From contig OZ024742.1 of the NCBI GenBank assembly GCA_964016885.1, positions 126,046,001 through 126,110,000 of the forward strand: a stretch of DNA of 64,000 nt. Reading direction: 5' to 3'. This DNA is from Eledone cirrhosa (lineage: Eukaryota). This document shows, piece after piece, positions 1-11,716 of this stretch (its first letter is position 1; each line of letters begins with the position of its first letter). A model generated the notes under the pieces. It saw only the letters and a program-made list of their open reading frames with translations, did no database searches and had not been told where the DNA came from. A program made the position numbers and the translations under genes.

Positions 1-2332
1 GCAAAATGGCTGAATAAATAAAAAAACCAGGACTACTTTCTCAGGGGTCATCAATTTCACTTGTGTCACAAGCATTTGGGCTAGATCTCTGATATAAGGA
101 TAACTTTTTCCTTTCTTTATGGCAATCTCAGAGGCCCTGAAACAGGTCATGGGCATTGCCCTTTCTTCTAACTAATTCAATTTTATCATAAGACTAAAGG
201 AAAAGAAAATGCAATGGAGTGGCTGAAATGATACAGCCATGTCTTACAGTGCTGAAGTATATAACTGGTAATTAAAATAAATTATTCTCAATCATTGAAA
301 TACTTTAAAACTATTTTTTATTTTTTTAACAAAAATAGTAGTTAATAGTTTTATCATTAATTGTATACAACTGAAAAAATAGCTTGTTGAAGATTAACTA
401 CAAGGTTAAAGAAACAAAAAGGTCTTCCTATAATATTTCAGAAAAATCTGCTGTTCAGTCAAATTTAGAGACAATAAAACAAACAGAAATATCATGTTCA
501 TTTAATATCAATTACAGAAATATTAAGAACAGATTGAGACATGGAAATGGGATGGGCAATGTCTAATTAAAGTAATATCTTCAGTATAATTTATAAATTA
601 ATTGAATTAATTTGAAACCTGGGGATATTAAGTTTAGGATACCAAATTCATCAGTTATACTTCAGCAAAGATTAAGACATTTAGTATGGAAAAAGTGGGA
701 GGGCAAGTAAATCAAGCAAAAAACATATTTACTTGACCTTTTTTTTATGTTAGAGATGGCTTCAGTTTCCATGAACCTAGATAGTAGTTTATTTCATAAT
801 TGTCATATTCTAAACAGAATTGGTAACTACACAGAAATGTCCAATCTGGTAAATGTTAGCAAAAATAAATTCCAAAACATTGCAAAAGCATTAGTATTAA
901 ACCACATATGTTAGTATAACTATACCATTAATGTACATGGAACAAACTCTCACTACTATCATGACTGCTGATAACATACAAAGAATATGTGTATCAAACT
1001 ATGAACAACCACCATCTACTGAAGTAAAGTTTTATAACAGTTTCTATTGGTTATTAGGGATAATAAATACAACACTAGCAACTAGGAAAAGACAAAATGA
1101 ACTTTAGGAAACCCTCTCAATGTAGTTGTCACTTAAATCAAATTTGATAAAGGCAGTAACTTCTCAAATTAAACAATTTTGTTTTTAGAATTCAACCTTT
1201 CAATTATTGCAAGATACAGCTGTCCATTTTTCATTTTAACCATAGTGGTCATGATGGTGACATGACAAAAAGCACCCAATCCACCCAGTAAGGTAGTTGA
1301 GCTGGTGCCATGAAAAAAAGCACTGAGTCTATGCTGCAAATGTGGTTGACATTAGGAAGGGCATCCAGCCAAAGAAACCAAACCAGAAACAGTTCTGTAT
1401 GAGCAAGACAGTCATCTGATCTAACTTGTCTCACAATGGGACAACTCATGCTAGCTTGGAAAAATTAATGTTAAACAGTGATGACAATGATGAAAGAATC
1501 TTGAAAATCATCAGACAGTTCTTACTGCTATGTTGACTAGTAGTAAGGTAACACATGGTTGTTTAAAACCCACAACAAATGTGTTTAACTTTACACACAA
1601 CACTGATTGCAATGAAGAAGTTCATCCAATAATAGTTAAATAAGTAAATATTTAGGGGAAAAATTTTTTTTTTTTAAATTAATAAACAGCTACCAGGAAG
1701 GCAATCATTCCTAAGACTATGATAAGGGTTAAAAAATGTCTTGAAACTAGAATAAAATCTGACACTTCCTTAATACAATTCAGTAAGTAAATAAAAATGT
1801 TATTTGCAGTCATTCAATTTATATTGGCAATCTTGACACATAAAAAAACTCTGAACTATAACCAAACATCCAAATTTGAGGGACAGTAATGTTATATTAC
1901 TAATATCTACAAATATAATCTTTTGATTTGCACAGATTAGTCATAGATTTCAGTTGATTTAGTAACGCAAGTCATCTACAAATACACCCAATTGAAAGAA
2001 ACAAAAAAACAGTCAAATACACAAAGCTTTTATGATTAGTTGCAAAAGTTAATTTATAGCAAGATTAAATTGTTGATATTGTTATATCAACTTCACCCAG
2101 TCATGTATTTTGTTTTTTGGGGGGGTTAGTGATATATTTATCACTGCAGTAACACCAAAAAAAAAATTAAATAAATACAGAACATAGAAAAAAGTGTTTC
2201 CAAAATTTTTAAAAGAACACCAACTGTTAAAGAACAAGAAAAGAGTAGGGCCTGTGTAAAAGAATGCAGAAGAAACTAACTATGAATAAAAAACAAAAAC
2301 ATGGATAGATTCTAAAGAAGAGAAAATATTAC

Positions 2333-2344
2333 CTAATACAGGTT
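2333..2344 (-). CDS. Candidate 12-nt phase-1/1 microexon (E-P-V-L-G if joined to the 32330 exon)
   Basis: tttgtttcttttccag|AACCTGTATTAG|gtaata: strong acceptor, plausible donor, frame-preserving. Confidence 0.45.
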   Translation of the reverse strand, partial: NLY

Positions 2345-3347
2345 CTGGAAAAGAAACAAAATAATAGTATATTTTTGGCAAGAGATTTCACTTAGAAGTG
2401 TATGTTGAAACAGATAGCTGTATTTTGGAACTCGTAAAAGAAAACACACTTTTGATATAATTATTACTGCTGATTCCCTTTGAGCTTTTTAAGTGCTGAA
2501 ATCATACTAAAAAAGTCTAAAGTCTGCTATGACATCAGTCTCATCAGTGTTTATCCCAGATTTTGTGATGTTAAATGACAGGGGACAATACTCTTCCCTG
2601 AACAAGACACCAGTCCATTAAAGGGTTAACCCCCTACCTAATACAGATAATAATTTTCAGCTGAGTATACTGGAGCAGTGTAAAATGAAGTGTTTTGTTC
2701 AAGAACACAACACTCAACCCAGTCCAGGAATCGAACCTATGGCATTATGATCCTAAGTCCAACACTCTTACCACTAGGACACACACCTCCACTAAAATTA
2801 TACTGGTATGTCTTTTAATTCACCTTGTGTGCAAAAGGTGTATTGGTAAATTTTAGTTTAATTTGGGAAGCACAACTACAGATAGAATAATAAAAGGAAA
2901 TTTCATCACACTATATCATTTTATTTTTAACAATTTTTCAAACAATGTAAAAAAGAAAAAGAAAAATTAACAGGTAATCCTGAGTAAAATATTCAAAATG
3001 GCTCAGGTAATCAAAAAGTTAAGTTAAAATTGAAGTCTGTTGCAAGCCAGAAGCTTAAAGCAGTTTCATGAGGTATCAAATGACATAGTATATGATCTTT
3101 CTTAAGACGTGATATTGGTCCATCATATGGTTAACCCACATCTACTGCTGAGTACACTGAAGCAACTTGAAATAATAATGTTTTGCTGAAGGACACAATA
3201 CATTGCCTGGTGAATGGAATTGAGCCCACAATAATACATTGCCTTCACAATTTTAACAGGTGGTTAAAGGGTTTAATGCCATTAACTATACAAGAAAAAT
3301 TGAAATAATGATGTCACCTCTTTGTCTGTGTCTCTATGTGTGTGCGC

Positions 3348-3397
<50 letters not shown>

Positions 3398-3819
3398 TTA
3401 ATACACACCAAATGACTGTAAAACACAACAATTGCAATAAAAACTAGACTATATGAAACAAACAAACAATGGTGTGACTCAAAGATGAATTCAGGGAGAA
3501 TAACTGACCAAGATCCAATAAAGAGCCATAGAAATTCAAAATAAAACAGGATATACAATACCTTCGATTAACAAGGTCATTACTACATACTTGTCCTTCC
3601 ACATATGGAATTAACAATTTTTTAAAAAGTATTTTCCAACACTACTTGCTATCCCAATAGCAGAGTAAATAAAAGAACTATATGTAGGTATATGTATATA
3701 TAATATAATATATATACCTACACACACACCTATGCACACACCCGTGTTTGTGTGAGTTCATACACATATACATACATTCCTCCAGCCACAGTAGCCAGCA
3801 GTAAGTTGTCGCATAAAAA

Positions 3820-4060
3820 CTTCAAACTGTCCACTATGTCAAATGTATCCACCATCTCATCAAACACTTCATGCAGAGCTTTTTTGAACCTATACTTAAG
3901 AGGTTATTTAGCTTCTATACCTTCCTCTAGAGTTTCTTACATTTCAAATTCCATCTAATTCTTATTCTGATGTCACTAATAACTATCTTATGTTGGTTGT
4001 TACATTCTTCTCTGGGAAAAAACCTAGTATTAATAAGCATCTGTCTATCCCATTTTATAA
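3820..4060 (-). mobile_element. Degraded CR1-like LINE 3' fragment
   Basis: Minus translation ..LEEGIEAK..FKKALHE resembles CR1 ORF2 C-termini; contains stops. Confidence 0.35.
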
Positions 4061-4079
4061 CGAATAAGAAGTTGATCTG

Positions 4080-4600
4080 GCTTGTGTATTTGCCTGATTA
4101 GCTGGTGAGTAAGTGGTTGGCCAGTTTCCTGAAGTTAGTGCTACAAATATTTAGATCATTTGCATCACAGAATTCTAGGAGCCTTGAACCATCATTTTCC
4201 AAGCCATTCTGGTGTTGCCCAACATGCCCATTGAAATTACCAACCAGGACGAAGTTAATGTCATCAGTTCTTTTGTTCTTTAGTGAACCCAGATTGTGGA
4301 GCATAAGTGAAGATAATTGTCATTCTATTGCCTATGACTATTCTGAGCTTGATAATTCTGTGATATATTCTACCTCAATTACCTTATCTATCCCTTTCTC
4401 AGCTAATAGAATGCCTACTTCACCTACCCATCATTATTATATCTGTGATTTTTGCCTATTTATCTCATACAAAGTACACACCTATTCGTTTCCACTGAAG
4501 CACCTCAAGAATTTTGCTTGCTCTACTTTTCATAGTACCAGCATTAAGAGTGGCAACCCTAATATATCTACTTTACAGGGGTGTCCTGATATGATTAGGT
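4080..4600 (-). mobile_element. RTE LINE AP-endonuclease remnant
   Basis: GNFNGHVG..NDGSRLLEFCDANDLNICST motif; frameshifted. Confidence 0.75.
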
Positions 4601-5351
4601 CATCTTTTGATAACAGCTTTCTGAACCTGAAAGGGAATATATGACCATTTCATGATGACCTAGAGGTTCTCACACATAGCTAAGTTAGCAAGCCCACTAT
4701 CAAGCAAGTCAATAAAATGGTTTGTGTTTATCCTGTATAAGCAATTACTGGTTATCTCATGAGTTGTACTAATCTTAGCTTTAGCATGTCTTTTTTTTCT
4801 ACCCTGTATCAGATATTATTCAGAGAGACAACTCCCTAGACAGGTTGCCTTCTCTGCAGCATACAGAGTCCACATTTACCCTGTACAATGTTATTTATTC
4901 AGAGTTACTGCTCTCCCCAATTGATTACCTTCTCTGTTGCTTATGGAGTCTATGCTTGCCCCAAAGAATGCATATACACATATCTATACAGAGAGACTTT
5001 AATTGTACAATTACAATTAGCTAATTTTCATAGCTTCTAGTGAAGTAATTTATAAGACGATTAAGAATGGATAGACTATGATATGCCTAAAGTTGCAAAT
5101 TCTTTTAAAATAAACTATTTCTTACATATGACATAAAACAGTGGTGGATGATGATGACATATATAGATATATATATATACATATACATACACACAAAATG
5201 TGAGTACATTTATGCACACAAGTGTGTGTTTTTGTGCATATATATTTGTATGTATGTATATTGGAAGACTTGTCATCGGAAATAACAAAAGTCCAACAAA
5301 AGCAAGATACAAATAACTCACTATCTGTCTATCTATCTATATGTATATGTG

Positions 5352-6316
5352 GGCGAGGAAAATGGGCAACTGGCACATCGAATGTGCTCAGGCGCTCACA
5401 GCCCTCTGGCAGGCAGACTCGGTGATCAGTGGAGACTCCACTCCTATAGAGGGTTGGTCCGCAGCAAGTGCGACAATGCGCTCGGAAAAACTCTAGGCGT
5501 AGAGGAAGACAAACTGGCCAGTCTGTTCGGTAGGACCTTCCGCCCGGGACCGATGGACAACTTCCAAAAGTCCCTGGCATGGCAGTGCTACCGAAGAGCT
5601 CTACCAGTTTGAGACAAGCTCTACAGACATGGGCGCCCGGGTAGGGGCCCCTCGAAAAAGATCTGTCCAGGGTGCATGCGAGACGAAGAAACCATCGCGC
5701 ACGCATTCGTACACTACCCGGGCGTTACCGACCTGTGGGGCTATGTAGAACGACTATTGTCGCAGGTGGGACCAATCCGGTTGACCACCGAGTTCATCGT
5801 CATGATCAAACCGCCACCCTCCTTCAAAAACGAAGGAGAGGCGGTTTTCCTTTGTGTGATAGCTATGGCGAAAGAGGTTGTATGGTGGACGAGGTTAAAA
5901 GGGCTGAGGTCAGACACCTTTCTCTCCGGCCAACAACTGAGTCTTTTTTTCAAATACCACTTTAGAAGAAGAGTCAGGATGGAGAGAGAGGTGCTGTACC
6001 CCAGCAAGTTTTATGAAAGGTGAGTGAAAGTGGCGAGAATGGCCCGAGTGAATGGGCCCTCTCTCTATATCAGCCTGTAGGTTGAACAAAAAGAGGAAGA
6101 GAGGAAAGGGGTACTCACTCTCGTACTCCTGAAGATGAGGGTTGCCTATTGTTTCGGGGGTATGTGTTATCCATATGTAATCTCTCCCCCTATTGGGGAA
6201 AATCGATTAATTTTTAAATTGCCTTTGTGATATTATTTTACACGTTTTTATTGTATGTAAACTTCCCCCTTTGTATTGTCCCCTTCTTTTGTGCCCCTGT
6301 GGCTAATAAAGAAACA
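5352..6316 (+). mobile_element. 5'-truncated Tx1/L1-clade LINE
   Basis: zf-RVT-like segment (ALPV.DKL...EETIAHAFVH), 3' AATAAA-GAAA end, and 18-bp TSD tatctatatgtatatgtg at 5334-5351 and 6317-6334. Confidence 0.8.
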
Positions 6317-7189
6317 TATCTATATGTATATGTGTTCTGTCCCAACTCTTGCTAGCAGGGAAAGAGGATATTAAAATGATGATAATGATGATGATGATGA
6401 TGATAATTGCGAGACAATACATTAGAGAAAATCAGATCATTATTGGGGAGAAGTAAGTACGAAATGATCATTCAGGCACTTGCTCTGACTGATCACAAGA
6501 AAGAAGCACTGAAGCCATATTATGAGAATCGTGTTAAATGAAGAGAATAAATGAGAGAGCGAGAGCCTGCTCCAAGCAGATCCAACTGCAGTATTAACAG
6601 TCCTTAATCCCTCTCTGTTTATCACTGTTCTTCAGGCCACAACAGAGGACTTTAAGACTGGCTATCCATGGGAACTCCTTCATGTATATTGATGACCTAG
6701 TCTTCATAGCTAAATCTGTGGAAGAGTTAATAAGTATGCTTTGGTGGATGTGTAATGTTACTATGCATGACCAACAGAGCATAGAGGAATTGGATGTAGT
6801 GTGCAAGAGTGTGTTGGTATAGACATTATGTATATGGAAGATGACAGCTTCATAAATAAATGCAAGGAAATCTCAGTGGAATGTGTCATTGCCACAAGAA
6901 AAAAAGGAGTATATACTCCAGTCTAGTTAGAAGAAAACAGGCAATTTATGATATTGAAGCAATAATAAGAGATGACATTCCAGTTTGAGTAGGATATGCC
7001 ATAACATCTTTAGATTCTGCAGCAACAGATAAGGAGCCAAAATTTACTGAGCATACGATTCAAAACAGGATTGAAGTACTGATAGTCAACTCTACTGAAT
7101 GCTTTGGAGTAACCTGAAAGAGCTTCACCAAAATCAGCTTTAATACCCACCATTTCTATGATGTATCACAAGAAATGGAGGTTGTTATG

Positions 7190-7482
7190 GAAAAGTGTAA
7201 AGTCTCTCTCAAGCAGGAAAGCTCATCAGATCAGTGCTTATCCTGGTTTCTGTGGTATTAAGCAACTGAGAGTACAAGACTACCCCTTGAACAGGACACC
7301 AGTCCATCACAGTGTTAAACCCCCAGCTATTGCTGGTACTCATTTTCAGCTGAGTATACTGGAGCAATGTAAAATGAAGTGTTTTGCTCAAGAACACAAC
7401 ACACAACCTGGTCAAGGAATCAAACCCACAACATTATGATTGTAAGTCCAAAACCTTTACCACTAGGCCACATGCCTCCACT
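7190..7482 (-). mobile_element. tRNA-derived SINE, family B (other copies at about 2520-2790, 3060-3230 and 11900-12060 on minus; 30360-30510 and 44168-44450 on plus)
   Basis: A-box tggcctagtgg, B-box ggtttgattcc, and a shared body tgtgttcttgagcaaaacacttc...gatggactgg..cctgt.cagggg. Confidence 0.8.
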
Positions 7483-7854
7483 ATGGAAAGATCTGCTAGA
7501 AATTATGCAGGCCTATGTGCTCCCAACCACACTACTGACAACAAATGCCAACATCTTCACAAGCAGCTCGGCCAAAATCTTCAATTGTGTTCAGCTGATT
7601 TATGAGATAGTAATTGAAGGATAATGTTCTCTTGTTCAAATCCTTCTTCTGCAGTGCCACCTTCCTCTAACAAATACAGGTGGAAATATTTCTGTCTTTT
7701 GGCAGTTGTAATAGATATCTACCAAGAGAGGGGCAAGCATGTAAGTCATCAAAAGCAGGTGATTTGCCCTTCACACAGGGCATATAAATAGTATGCACCA
7801 CCCCACACACTCCCATACATATCCCATGAGGACAAGCTGAAGCATACATCCAAT

Positions 7855-8285
7855 GAAGCATCCAGCCCACACCATAAAGTGGTTGTGACAGTGACACAGC
7901 AAAAAGGGACCCAACCCACACTGTAAAGTGGTCGTGTAGGTGTCACCGCAAAAAGTATCCAAGCTACACTGTAAAGTGGTCGTGTAGGTGTCACCGCAAA
8001 AAGTATCCAAGCTACACTGTAAAGTGGTCACATAGGTGTCACAGAAAAAAGCACCCAGTCCACACTGTAAAGTGGTGTAGGCATCACAACAAAAAGCACC
8101 CAGCACTCCCTGTAAATGAGGTTGGCACTAGGAAGGGCATCCAGCTGTAGAAACCAAGCCAAAATTGATTCTGTATGAGCAAGACATGGTCACCTGACCT
8201 GGCATTGCTCACAACAGGATGACTCGTCTAACCCATGCCAGCATGGAAAAATGGATGTTAAACAGAGATGATAATGATGACAACC
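7855..8285 (+). mobile_element. RTE 3'-UTR fragment with a ~45-bp internal minisatellite and (GAT)n tail
   Basis: Repeated cacactgtaaagtggtcgtgtaggtgtcac units, then aggaagggcatccagc..aacccatgc..gttaaac. Related array at about 49320-49550 on minus. Confidence 0.75.
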
Positions 8286-8499
8286 ACCCATCACAGGCTA
8301 TCTCAATTTCAGTTATTTGTCTTTTTGCAACAGACAGCCATGGCAGACCATTGAGGCAGGAACTAAAGTCCACCATCTCAAGTCTAACACAACCCCCATG
8401 GTTCAACACGCATATGATGGGGGTCAACTTAATCTTTGTACAAAGTCATGTCAAAATTTTCAATACTTGTTTCTCTACTTTCTACATTGTTTATTTATT

Positions 8500-8990
8500 T
8501 CATCATCATCACCGGTTTACGCCCGTTCTTCCACACTAGCATGAGTTAAACGGTTGTCCTGTTGTGGGCAGTGTCCAGTCGGCTGACAGGAACTGATTCT
8601 GGCTTGATTTCTACAGCTGGATGCCCTTCCTAACACCAACCTCATTTACCGTGTGGGCTGGGTGCTTTTTGCCGTGGCACTCCACGACCACTTTGCAGTG
8701 GGGTGTGGGGGCATATTGTCTATATGCTTCAGCTTCGGCTTGTACCCATGGCGGGGGGGGGGGGGGTCTTCTGCATTACTGCGTGACACCAGAGGTCACG
8801 TTCCTTTGAGAGGTGTAATTGGATAAGGTTGGCTTTTATCACCTCATCCCGGGTCTTCTTGGGTCTCCCCACTCCGCTGTTTCCATCGACTTCTAGTGCT
8901 CTGCACCTTTTTATGCAGCTGTCATCCTTCAACCGCCTCTCCTGCACACAGCATTTGATTCCTCTTATGCTCAGTCTCTCTCTCAATTCA
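8500..8990 (-). mobile_element. RTE LINE 3' fragment
   Basis: SINELRERLSIRGIKCC..GRPKKT peptide, 3'UTR and (GAT)n tail. Confidence 0.9.
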
Positions 8991-8992
8991 TT

Positions 8993-9748
8993 TATGAATT
9001 GAGAGAGAGAGGCAGACTGTATGATGCATGTATACAAACAACAATGTTACATGATAGTGAGACTTGGGTGCTGTCTGTAGAAGACTTGCGTAGATTAGAA
9101 AAAAACGAAGCTTGCATGCTCCAATGGATGTGTAATAGTAATATACGCGAACGGCAAAGCATAAACGAGTTGAGAGAGACACTGAGCATAAGAGGAATCA
9201 AATGTTGTGTGCAGGAGAGAAGGTTGCGTTGGTATGGACATGTGATGCGTATGAAGGATGACAGCTGCATAAAAAGGTGCAGAGCTAGAAGTCAATGGAA
9301 GCTGCGGAGACCCAAGAAAACCTGGGATGCGGTGATAAAAGCCGACCTTACCCAATTGTACCTCTCAAGGGCGATGACACACGACCGTGACCTCTGGCTT
9401 CACGCAGTAATACAGAAGACCCGACTTCCCACGAGTACAAGACAAAGCTGAAGCAGATAGACTATATGCCCCCACCCCCTCCCACTGCAAAGTGGTCATG
9501 GAGCTGCCACAACAAAAAAGCACCCAGCCGACACTGTAAAGTGGACGTGTAGGCACCACGGAAAAAAAGCTCCCAGCACTCACTGCAAATGAGGTTGGTG
9601 ATAGGAAGAGTATCCAGCTGTAGAAATCAAGCCAGAATCAGTTCCCATATGAGCAAGACAAGGTCAGCCAACTGGACACTGCCCACAACAGGACAACCCG
9701 TCTAACCCATGCTAGCATGGAAGAACGGACGTAAAACGGTGATGATAA
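8993..9748 (+). mobile_element. RTE LINE 3' fragment
   Basis: ORF 8999-9451 (RLYDACI..SETW..RRLRWYGHVMRM), 3'UTR and (GAT)n tail. Confidence 0.92.
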
Positions 9749-9779
9749 TATATGTGTATGTATGTGTTTGTGTGTATAT

Positions 9780-10740
9780 CATTATTTAACATCCATTTTC
9801 TATGCTAGCATGGGTTTGACTGATTGTCCCATTTGAAGCAAGTCAGATCAGGTAACCAAGTCTTGCTCATACAGAACTGTTTCTGGCTTGGTTTCTACAG
9901 CTGGGTGCCCTTCCTAATACCAACCACATTTACAGTGTGTGCTGGGTGTTTTTTGTCATGACACCATGATGACCATTTTACAAGATGGGCTGGGTACTTT
10001 TTGTCATGAAACCTACATGACCACTGTACAGTGTGGGCTGAGTGCTTTTTGTTCAGTCCTGAACACCTCGTGCCTTTGGCCCTCACATTGCAGAACATGC
10101 TTAATTTTTTTATTTTCTGCTTCCCTTCTTACAAAAGATACTTGTCTAGTTTCTCTCCTAGCCTCCTGGTAGAGTTCTCTACCTCCCCCAACCCTCCATT
10201 CTTTCCATGCCTGTCTTTTGGCCTTAATTGTCTCCCCCACCCTACTTGTTCTACCACCACGTTACTCACCTTCTCTCTAGAGGCCCGCTCCAACAAGAGA
10301 TTTCGTTTATTGCCTTCAGTAGGTTATCTCTCAGGAATTTCCACTGCTCCTCTACATTGTATGTCTCTATTTGCTCTTCCTTACTGTCAAAAGCATCAAG
10401 CAACAAATCTCTAAATGTGTTACTGGCTGTTGGGTCCTTCAACTTCCACATTCTTGTCCTCTGACGTCAAGTTTGTCTAGCCCTGACTATAAGGTCACTA
10501 ACAATTAGGTTATTTTGGGAGATGAATTCTTCACCAGGGAGGGATTTTGTGTTTACAACTGTCACTCTATCTTGTCTTCTGGTGGTGTGCTCCCCTGAGG
10601 TATAGGTGATCAAGTGATTGTCTCGTTTTTGAAGATTGTGTTACAGATAGACAGATCATTGGCATCACAGAATTCCAGGAGCCTGAAACCCTTGTCACTT
10701 CTAGCACCAAACCCATAAGCTCCATGGATCCCGTCGAAGC
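9780..10740 (-). mobile_element. Internally deleted RTE (endonuclease/linker fused to 3'UTR)
   Basis: RLLEFCDANDL, WKLKDP and KAKRQAWKEW motifs joined directly to 3'UTR near 10060. Confidence 0.75.
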
Positions 10741-11156
10741 CAAAAATAAGAATTAGAGTTAAATGGAGATTATAAAAATATGGTAAACCCCAAAAAATGT
10801 TTCCATTAAAATAATAGCTGTAGTAGGAAGAAAAAAATCATTAGCTTTAATAATCAATGTATTAATAATCAATGTATTAATAAAGGCAAAGAAGAGAATT
10901 CCGAAATCCAAATTGAATAAAAACTAAAGACAAATACAAAGGCAACAGGAACTAACAAGTATATTGGCAGCTTGAGGCATATTTTGATCTTATTAGGCCT
11001 CATCAGCAATTATCAGATAAAAACAAAACCATCACCATTGGTTAATATAATCAGGGAGTGCAAAAGTTTTTATAGTTATTTTATTTACCAAGTATAACTT
11101 TATAACATTTAAAGTTTTCTCCACTTCACCAGTTACTATATATACCACACAGTTAC

Positions 11157-11195
<39 letters not shown>

Positions 11196-11369
11196 CAATA
11201 ATATTAATAAATGGAAACTATCTTTATAAAACCATATTTATTTTATTATATATTTCAAGGGTACCAACATTTTTGGTATGCTCTCATCAGATAAAATATA
11301 AAAGTTGTTTTACAGATAGTGACATATTCAAAAAATATGCATATATATAATCTTTTGCATATATATAAT

Positions 11370-11680
11370 CTTTTACTCTTTTACGTATTCCAGCCAACTG
11401 GTTGGGGCCTTGCTAGGGCACTGCCATTGCCGCTACACTTTCTAAACCCAGCCTTCATTGGTTGGCATTGATTTATGAGGGAGTTTGTTGCTGCCAACCT
11501 TATTTGTATTTTGCCTTGTGCTGTGGTTTCATCTGGGTTTTTGGTTAGCGGAATGTCAAGATGTTTCTTGAAAACATCTACATGCCCACCATGTAGGTCT
11601 TTCAGATTTTTTGGAAGCTTATAAAAGAGCTGCAGGCCTTTGAACCCCAGGTTATTGCAGTGTCTGGTTTTTATTCTTCA
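11370..11680 (-). mobile_element. CR1-like LINE 3' end
   Basis: GFKGLQLFYKLPKNLKDLHGGHVDVFKKHLD resembles the CR1 ORF2 terminus; short-repeat tail. Confidence 0.55.
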
Positions 11681-11684
11681 AGTG

Positions 11685-11716
<32 letters not shown>

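Noticed and set aside
733-776. Possible minus exon; also an acceptor near 194
   Set aside because: Weak acceptor or early stops in the phase required by the upstream exons.
7855-8110. CRISPR-like repeat array
   Set aside because: No unique spacers or cas genes; it is a minisatellite in an RTE 3'UTR.
10960-11015. Minus-strand CTGATGAGGCC motif; similar relics at about 11270-11295 and 18250-18290
   Set aside because: GAAA, stem II or core positions are mutated; decayed relics at best.
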